Of a stretch of 64,000 bases of DNA, positions 57,752 to 64,000 are shown one piece after another. A program made the position numbers and the translations under genes. The stretch is taken from positions 736,001 to 800,000 of the forward strand of contig OY970160.1 in NCBI GenBank assembly GCA_963706445.1, in the 5' to 3' direction. This DNA is from an uncultured Nitrososphaerales archaeon (GTDB lineage Archaea > Thermoproteota > Nitrososphaeria > Nitrososphaerales > Gagatemarchaeaceae). The notes beneath the pieces are model-generated. The model saw nothing but the letters and a program-made list of their open reading frames with translations. It was not told the origin of the DNA and ran no database searches. Within the stretch, counting starts at the first letter, position 1; the number at the start of each line of letters is the position of its first letter.

Positions 57752-59686
57752 TCAGCTCGGAGGTCCGTAGGGGAGGCCTGCTCTCCTGAAGACCTCCCCC
57801 AAGCGGGGGTCCTTCCTCGCCTTCTCCAGCAGGGGGCTGTATCGCAAGGCCTGAGCCGGCATGGTGTGGTCATCCGCCGACCTGAGCATGTATTCGAAGA
57901 ACTTGTCCATGTCCCCGAGAGCATAGTAGATGTATCCAGCGTAGGACGACTTGCCCCACCCCGCGCCCTTGTCGAGTTTCGCTATCATGTCATTGGCGGT
58001 CTTCATGTCACCAGTGATTGCGGCGAAGTATCCCCTGTTGAGGTAAGTGGACCCCAGGGTCGGGCCTAGCCTCTCAAGTTCTTTCACCACTTTCTCCGCC
58101 TCATCGTGCATACCCTTGCTCACGTAGTAGTCGAAAAGAAGACGGTTGGTGCGGTAGGGCTCGATGTGGATGGCACTCTTCCAGTGCGCTAGGGCCTCAT
58201 CCGCTCTTCCTGTCCAGAAGTACATCAGGCCCAGCATACTGATGGCCCTCGGCGCTAGGGGGTCGAGCTCATACCCCTTCTCAGCTGACCGAATCATCTC
58301 CTGGGTGTCCCCGAGGACGGACGATTCGTCTGCCAGCAAGAGGTGCGCGTCTGCCAGGTTGGGGTTGAGCTCGATGGCCTTCTTGAGCTCGATGATGCAA
58401 TCCCTGTCTTGGTCTGCCGTGAACATTACAAAAGCCAGGCTATAGTGCGCCTCGGCGAGGGCGGGGTCCAACTCCACGGCCTTCAACGCAGCCGCCCGTC
58501 CCTTCTGAATCCCTTCGTCGTAATGGATGTATCCCTCGTTGGCCAGTCGAACGTAACTCTCTGCGACGCTCGCCTGCGCCTTCGCGAACCTCGGGTCCTT
58601 GGCCATGGCCTGCTCGAACAGGTTCAGAGCGCTCCTGAGTGGCGTCTCCTCGGGCTGAAGAATCAACTGCCTGCCTCGCAAGTAGAACATGTAGGCCTCG
58701 GAGTCCATTGTCGCTTTCTTCTCCAGAGCGGTCTTCTCCGACCCTAACAGCTGGATCTTCAGCTCGCCAGCAACCTTCTCCGCCAACTCGCTCTGGACCG
58801 CGAATATATCGTCCAGGTTCCTGTCATAGTTCGAGGCCCAGAGGTGCCCCTCTGTGCTGGCGTTGATCAGCTGGGCAGTCACCCGGATCCTGTTCCCTGC
58901 CTTCCTCACGCTGCCTTCCATTACGGTGCCGACGTTGAGCTCCTTCCCTATCTGCGATACGTTCTTCTCTTTCTTCCTGTAGTTCATCACAGACGTTCGA
59001 GCGATGACCTCCAAACCCTTCACCAGCGATACACTCGTGATCAGCTCTTCGGTAAGACCATCGGCAAAGTATTCGTCGTTGGGGTCGGGGCTCAGGCTGA
59101 CGAAGGGGAGGACTGCAAGGCGCCTTCTGTCAAGCTGCGCCGGCTCGGTCGATGTTTCGCCGCTCCAGGGCATGACAACCTTGTAGACCTCCATAGGCTC
59201 GGCGACATTCTTCAGAGATTTGGAACCGAGGCTCGACAGTTGGAGGTCCAACTTGTTGTGGACGAGGTCGAAGACCCTGTGAGTGAGGCAGACCCCTCCG
59301 TCCTCTGCAAGCGGCTCGATCCTCGACGCGACGTTGACGGCATCCCCGGAGATGTCCCCCTGTGACTCGACCACCTCCCCTACGTGGATCCCAATTCTGA
59401 GGTGGATCCTCTTGTCGGAGGCGAGGGATAGGTTGAACTCCCTGACGGCCCTCTGGATGTCGTAGGCGCATCTCACGGATTCCACTGCGTTGGGGAACTC
59501 AACCAGGAACGCGTCCCCGATGGTTTTCACCTCCCTACCTTCATGGCGTGCAAGGATAGGTCTGATCAACTTTCTCTGCTCATCGACGAGAGCGAGCGAC
59601 AGGGATTCGTCCTTCTGCCCCAGGGCCGTGTACCCGACCATGTCCGTGAACATGATGGCCGCGAGCCTGCTCTGGTCCCCTGGCAA
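57752..59686 (-). CDS. Class III adenylate/guanylate cyclase + TolB-N-like + TPR (paralog of 20735)
   Basis: MFTDMVGYT, KTIGDA, GDAVNVASRIE. Confidence 0.9.
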   Translation of the reverse strand: MPGDQSRLAAIMFTDMVGYTALGQKDESLSLALVDEQRKLIRPILARHEGREVKTIGDAFLVEFPNAVESVRCAYDIQRAVREFNLSLASDKRIHLRIGIHVGEVVESQGDISGDAVNVASRIEPLAEDGGVCLTHRVFDLVHNKLDLQLSSLGSKSLKNVAEPMEVYKVVMPWSGETSTEPAQLDRRRLAVLPFVSLSPDPNDEYFADGLTEELITSVSLVKGLEVIARTSVMNYRKKEKNVSQIGKELNVGTVMEGSVRKAGNRIRVTAQLINASTEGHLWASNYDRNLDDIFAVQSELAEKVAGELKIQLLGSEKTALEKKATMDSEAYMFYLRGRQLILQPEETPLRSALNLFEQAMAKDPRFAKAQASVAESYVRLANEGYIHYDEGIQKGRAAALKAVELDPALAEAHYSLAFVMFTADQDRDCIIELKKAIELNPNLADAHLLLADESSVLGDTQEMIRSAEKGYELDPLAPRAISMLGLMYFWTGRADEALAHWKSAIHIEPYRTNRLLFDYYVSKGMHDEAEKVVKELERLGPTLGSTYLNRGYFAAITGDMKTANDMIAKLDKGAGWGKSSYAGYIYYALGDMDKFFEYMLRSADDHTMPAQALRYSPLLEKARKDPRLGEVFRRAGLPYGPPS

Positions 59687-59890
59687 CTAGGTCTCTCAGG
59701 ATTTCTGTTCTTCCTGCCGTTAAAATGGTTTGGGCACAGCGCTTTCGGAGGCTTCCCCCGAGGGCGCGCTCTCTCGCTTCCGTCGGGGCGGGACTCGCAG
59801 AAGCAGGGCGTTCATAAGGCTGATAGAGGTCGTCTCTAGATTGCCGCTTCAGAAGCGGTATATTCTCCAGCGACTCTTGATCGTGCTGGT

Positions 59891-60178
59891 ATGTTGGAAG
59901 GAGTAGCGAGCAACGTGGAATACAAAGTAATCTATCGCGCATATAGTCACAGAGAACTCGCGGGGAGCAATACAACCGGAAAATTCAGAGAGATTCACGA
60001 AGTAGACGAGTCGAGGGTACTGAGCGAAGCTCAATCCGTAAACGAAGCCAAAGATTGGAGCGAAAATCTGAACGCATTCGCCAAAGAGGGGTTCTCAGTC
60101 AAGAACAGCGGAACTCTGCAAATGTATGAGAACATCGTGTTTTGGGCTCTGCTCGAAAAAACTCTGCACAAGACATAA
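59891..60178 (+). CDS. Small hypothetical protein
   Basis: EYKVIY...LNAFAKEGF...ALLEK (DUF4177-like pattern). Confidence 0.55.
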   Translation: MLEGVASNVEYKVIYRAYSHRELAGSNTTGKFREIHEVDESRVLSEAQSVNEAKDWSENLNAFAKEGFSVKNSGTLQMYENIVFWALLEKTLHKT

Positions 60179-60334
60179 GCCCACCCGTAGTCTGCGGTGC
60201 TGACCTGAATCCCACGGTGACAGTCGGACCATCAGGTCGGGGCAGCCCGCCAAAACCAGAATCGCTTAGGCCGTTCTCACAAGTAGAACTTTACACCTCA
60301 TCAGGTTACCCTCTGAGGCACGAGAGGCCTCGCC

Positions 60335-60601
60335 ATGGTCGTAGTTCTCAGCCTCATAGTGGCCGAGTGTGCGACCCTGTTCGTGCTATTCGTTCCAGTC
60401 GTCCCCCAGACCGCAACCGAACCTTGCTATCCCATTGGTGGGTCAACGCAATGCCCCCTAGGTGTTCTCGTCTTCAATTACTATGGGTCGATTTCATTCC
60501 ATTACTTCAACGTCGGAATGACATACGGCGCATATGGCGGTCTTCAGATGGTTACTTCGCCGAGCTGGTCTCCTTTGTACTGCTTGCCCATCCATCGTTG
60601 A
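60335..60601 (+). CDS. Small membrane-anchored hypothetical protein
   Basis: TM ending FVPVVP; YYGSISFHYF..G. Confidence 0.45.
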   Translation: MVVVLSLIVAECATLFVLFVPVVPQTATEPCYPIGGSTQCPLGVLVFNYYGSISFHYFNVGMTYGAYGGLQMVTSPSWSPLYCLPIHR

Positions 60602-60743
60602 GTGGCTAAAAGGCGCTTCACGCTGCTGACGTTCACTCGGAGGTCCGTCGATCCTAGCCCCTCATCTGCTCTGTTCCTGCGCGCACTCTCGACCTTTCGG
60701 CTTGTTAACAATGGTTTACTAGTAGAGAGCATCTTGGTTCCGC

Positions 60744-62411
60744 ATGGCCTGGTCAAGGGCCGTGAAGTATCTGCTTCCCTTGGCCTGGACATTTGTGCCG
60801 ATGTATTTGATCGAAAGACAAGCCGATGCTTACTTTCTCTCCGACAACCTTGCCGGCTTCTACAGCATATCCGGTTGGAGGCTCGAGCTCTTCATCATCA
60901 TTGCCGTGGTCGGGGCGATAGGCGCTGGTATACTCCTGAAAGAGCTTTGGGGCGCTGTCATTGCCGAAACTGTCGCCCTGGTCGGCTTCTTCGTGGCCGT
61001 CTACGCCTTGTACGATCCCCGGGTGTGCTACGCGACGGGACCAGGCGGTCTTGAACCCCTTCGCTTCGGCTTCTTCCTCGGTTCCATAACCACTTCCGGC
61101 TCGGCCCTGGGCGCCACCATCAGAGGCAAGGCTCTCTCTCGTCTGGGGCACTTCGTAGCGGGTTTCTTCGGCTTCGCCGCGTTCGGGTTCTACCCTGTCA
61201 TCTTCACCTTCGCCGGCACCAAGTTGCTCTCGCCCTTCCATCCCTGGGCTGCTGCGCTACTTCTGGCGTTGGCATCCGTCACGATCTCGGTGATCGTATC
61301 GCTGAGACTTGGGCCTCGACTAGGATTCGCCGCCCCTCTGCTTTCCCTCGCCGCACTTTTCGCAATCTCCGCTGGTATCGCGAGCGCATACTTCGACTCC
61401 ATCGCCTCGGACATCGCTACATTCGCTCTTGTCGTGATTGCATCCGCAGCCATCGGTGCGTACTTCGTCCAAATAGAGAGGCCATTGGCAAAGCGCCACG
61501 GGTCGTGGTTCAGCGGGGCGTTCGCAACGGGCTTGGTCCTAGTCCTATTGTTGATGCTTCTGTTAATCCCGGACGCGGTGAACGGCGTCCTTCCAGCCTC
61601 TGCCGCATCGTCCGGTTCCCTTGTGATGGGTGCCCCGGTCTATTTGGGCGGGTACATGGATGCACCACCAGGGCACGCGTCCGGCGCAGAGGTAACGATC
61701 AGCTTCGCAGGGACCAACGCTTCCTCAATTCAGGCGGACAACTTTCTGTCGGGGGGCATAGGGATTCATGCGGCTGGGTGTTGCGTCGACGGCATCGATT
61801 ACTCCTACCGTTTCGATCTTTACCAGTTCCATGACGGGAGTGAAACGCTGGTCGCGACGGCCTGGCAGGTCTGCGATGACAACGCCGCCTGTGGGGGGCA
61901 CTCGTGGAAGGTGCTGATGTTCTCGGATGCGCAGCCATACCAGCCAACAAGATCAAGTGACAACGTGACACTCAGGATGGAGTGGTTACAGAACCGATCA
62001 GGCGCATCGGTCCTGTGGACTTACTCAGAGCAAGGAGGGCCGTTCGCCAACTTCACTAGCTTCGTCCCTCCCACTTCCGAGAACCATGACTTCAACACGG
62101 GCGTACTCCCTGGCGGGACTCCAACCGCGGCACAGAGCGGGAGCTATTTCTTCCAATTCGGCATCATGAGCAGGTACCCCATCGGCCACAGCGGGTGGAC
62201 AGTTGCCTTGACATGTCCAGCGGTCCTCACCACAGAATGGAGCTGTGTCCCACATGCCAGGACGCTCACGGGAGACCAGTCGTTCTGGAAGGTCTTCTGG
62301 CGCTGGGGCGAAGACTACCCCGATACGATGGTCGTCTCACCTCAACCGGACCGCATGGTCTTCGGATTCTCCTCGGCTTCCCCGGCCAAGAGCTTTGAAA
62401 GCCTCTGGTGA
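60744..62411 (+). CDS. Multi-pass membrane protein with a C-terminal extracellular Cys/Trp-rich beta domain
   Basis: ~9 TM helices, then GCCVDGIDY, CDDNAACGGHSW, FWKVFWRWGE. Confidence 0.7.
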   Translation: MAWSRAVKYLLPLAWTFVPMYLIERQADAYFLSDNLAGFYSISGWRLELFIIIAVVGAIGAGILLKELWGAVIAETVALVGFFVAVYALYDPRVCYATGPGGLEPLRFGFFLGSITTSGSALGATIRGKALSRLGHFVAGFFGFAAFGFYPVIFTFAGTKLLSPFHPWAAALLLALASVTISVIVSLRLGPRLGFAAPLLSLAALFAISAGIASAYFDSIASDIATFALVVIASAAIGAYFVQIERPLAKRHGSWFSGAFATGLVLVLLLMLLLIPDAVNGVLPASAASSGSLVMGAPVYLGGYMDAPPGHASGAEVTISFAGTNASSIQADNFLSGGIGIHAAGCCVDGIDYSYRFDLYQFHDGSETLVATAWQVCDDNAACGGHSWKVLMFSDAQPYQPTRSSDNVTLRMEWLQNRSGASVLWTYSEQGGPFANFTSFVPPTSENHDFNTGVLPGGTPTAAQSGSYFFQFGIMSRYPIGHSGWTVALTCPAVLTTEWSCVPHARTLTGDQSFWKVFWRWGEDYPDTMVVSPQPDRMVFGFSSASPAKSFESLW

Positions 62412-62590
62412 CACGTTCCTCAACCTTGGCTCCAAACCAATCCTAGTAGTGAATGCTAGCCGGGATGCGTGCTTAGATATCAAACCCATTTGGCGCTGAA
62501 CCCCGGCCGGGGCATCATTGCAGTGGGCGTAGGATTCGCTTGATTATCTAAGCGCATCCCACCGGGCCCGCTACTAATTGGGTCTTTAAC

Positions 62591-63784
62591 TTGGATACCA
62601 TGACAAGACTTAATCAAATAGTTCCAGACTTAAATAAGACAACTGAACCCGACTTGTTAATTGGTTCGAATTACCTTTGCCTACAGGACTTTTTTTTGGG
62701 ATTGATTTTGCTTTTGTCGCTGTGTCCCTCACTGGTTAGAGTCCAAGCCTCATCGTCACCTGGAATCCGCGTCGTCGCGACCGTAAGTGTTGGATCATCC
62801 CCGTTCGAGTCAGCGTTCGACTCGGCTAACAACCGGATGGATGTAATCAACTTTGGGTCGAACACTGTGTCAGCCATAAACCCCAGCAGTCAAGAGGTCA
62901 AAACGGTGGATGTCGGGAACGTTGGAGACATTAGCCCCTATTTCGTCCCCTTCATAGCCTTCAATCCTTCCAATCGGAACATGTATTCAACAAATTCTGG
63001 GTCAGACACATTATCCGTGATTGGCCCTGCAGATAAGGTCGATGCGATTATTACAGTGGGAAACAATCCTGAGTATCTCGCCTACGACCCAGCGAATGGC
63101 GACATGTACGTATCGAACGCCAACGGATATTTGCCAACTCCAGGTTCTGTTTCGGTCGTCGATTCAACAAACTCAATTGTTGCGACCGTTACTGTTGGAA
63201 GTTCCCCGCAAGGGATTGCCTACGATCCCTCCAATGGGTACATTTACGTAGCGAACTTTCTTTCGGACACTGTGTCAACGATTGGTCCCGCTAACACTGT
63301 GATTGCGACGATTGGAGTTGGGAGCTTACCTGCCATAATCGCTTACGATTCGGCCAATGGGGACATGTTTGTGACTAACGTATTCTCAAACACAGTATCA
63401 GTGATTAGTCCGGGGAACGTCGTGGTGGCAACCATCCCAGTTGGAATCAATCCTCTGAATTTGGCTTACAATCCGGCCAATGGTGAGATGTATGTGGCCA
63501 GTTTTGGTTCGAACACAGTTTCAGCAATTGACGCGACTAACACGGTTGTTGCGACCATTCCGGTTGGAAGTAGTCCTAATGGCTTGGCATTCGACCCTGC
63601 AAATGGCGACATGTATGTCCCTAACGGAATATCAAACACAGTGTCTATTATCCTTCCCACGAACACGGTAAGCGTAACAGTGCCGGTAGGGATAATGCCC
63701 TTTAACATTACATACGAACCGGTGAAAGGGGTCATGTACGTCATCGACAGCGACTCAAACACAGTTTCGATAATCTCCTCCTAA
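62591..63784 (+). CDS. Secreted YVTN/YncE beta-propeller
   Basis: AYDPANGDMYVxN..SNTVSVI repeats; start codon uncertain; no C-terminal anchor. Confidence 0.85.
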   Translation: MDTMTRLNQIVPDLNKTTEPDLLIGSNYLCLQDFFLGLILLLSLCPSLVRVQASSSPGIRVVATVSVGSSPFESAFDSANNRMDVINFGSNTVSAINPSSQEVKTVDVGNVGDISPYFVPFIAFNPSNRNMYSTNSGSDTLSVIGPADKVDAIITVGNNPEYLAYDPANGDMYVSNANGYLPTPGSVSVVDSTNSIVATVTVGSSPQGIAYDPSNGYIYVANFLSDTVSTIGPANTVIATIGVGSLPAIIAYDSANGDMFVTNVFSNTVSVISPGNVVVATIPVGINPLNLAYNPANGEMYVASFGSNTVSAIDATNTVVATIPVGSSPNGLAFDPANGDMYVPNGISNTVSIILPTNTVSVTVPVGIMPFNITYEPVKGVMYVIDSDSNTVSIISS

Positions 63785-64000
63785 AGCCTGGAATCCATTC
63801 TTGAGACCTGCTTGTGTGCAGTCCCACCGGGTCCGAACCCTCGGTCCAATTTCCCATATCCAAGTCTCGTACGCACCCGAGGCCGGGTCTCGTAGCGACG
63901 GTAGGGTTCTCAATAGTGAGAATCGTGCTCATGCCTATAGGTTTCTAGGACGAATATCAAAACCGCGTTGGGAGGCCAGGAGACGAGAGCGGGTTCAGGT

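Overview
Archaeal accessory-genome region. TATA-type promoters with short or absent leaders, PEF-CTERM-like tails, archaeal winged-helix regulators and mpgS suggest a Nitrososphaerota/Thaumarchaeota-like host (inference). There are no rRNA genes, intact tRNA genes, CRISPR arrays or recognisable integrase/transposase. Coding content is dominated by secreted and membrane proteins: four paralogous Asp-box (BNR) beta-propellers, a GxGYxYP-family protein, three YVTN propellers, two phospholipase C-family phosphoesterases, an M13 peptidase, two class III cyclase-TPR proteins plus a cyclase-less paralog, two NiCoT permeases, mpgS with a HAD phosphatase, and an AbrB/PIN TA pair. Four things stand out. 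(1) About 10 dispersed copies of a ~44-bp element, made of a conserved arm plus a tRNA-Asp-like 3' end, sit between genes and cut the window into 1-10 kb cassettes. This looks like an island built by repeated integration at a tRNA T-loop, with scars from other tRNAs as well. (2) A self-contained regulon at 44.6-49.5 kb has an 11-bp tandem operator 33-35 nt upstream of four start codons. It links an ArsR-like HTH and its membrane partner, a DUF1059 protein, a Tat-signal protein, a signal-less DUF4331 protein with an ATCUN-like N-terminus, a NiCoT permease and a dedicated tatA. (3) A propeller-7TM receptor-like fusion coupled to a wHTH sits ahead of the BNR cluster. (4) A beta-helix protein ends in an Flp-pilin-like sequence. 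Several genes carry single-base lesions, reflecting either decay or sequencing error.
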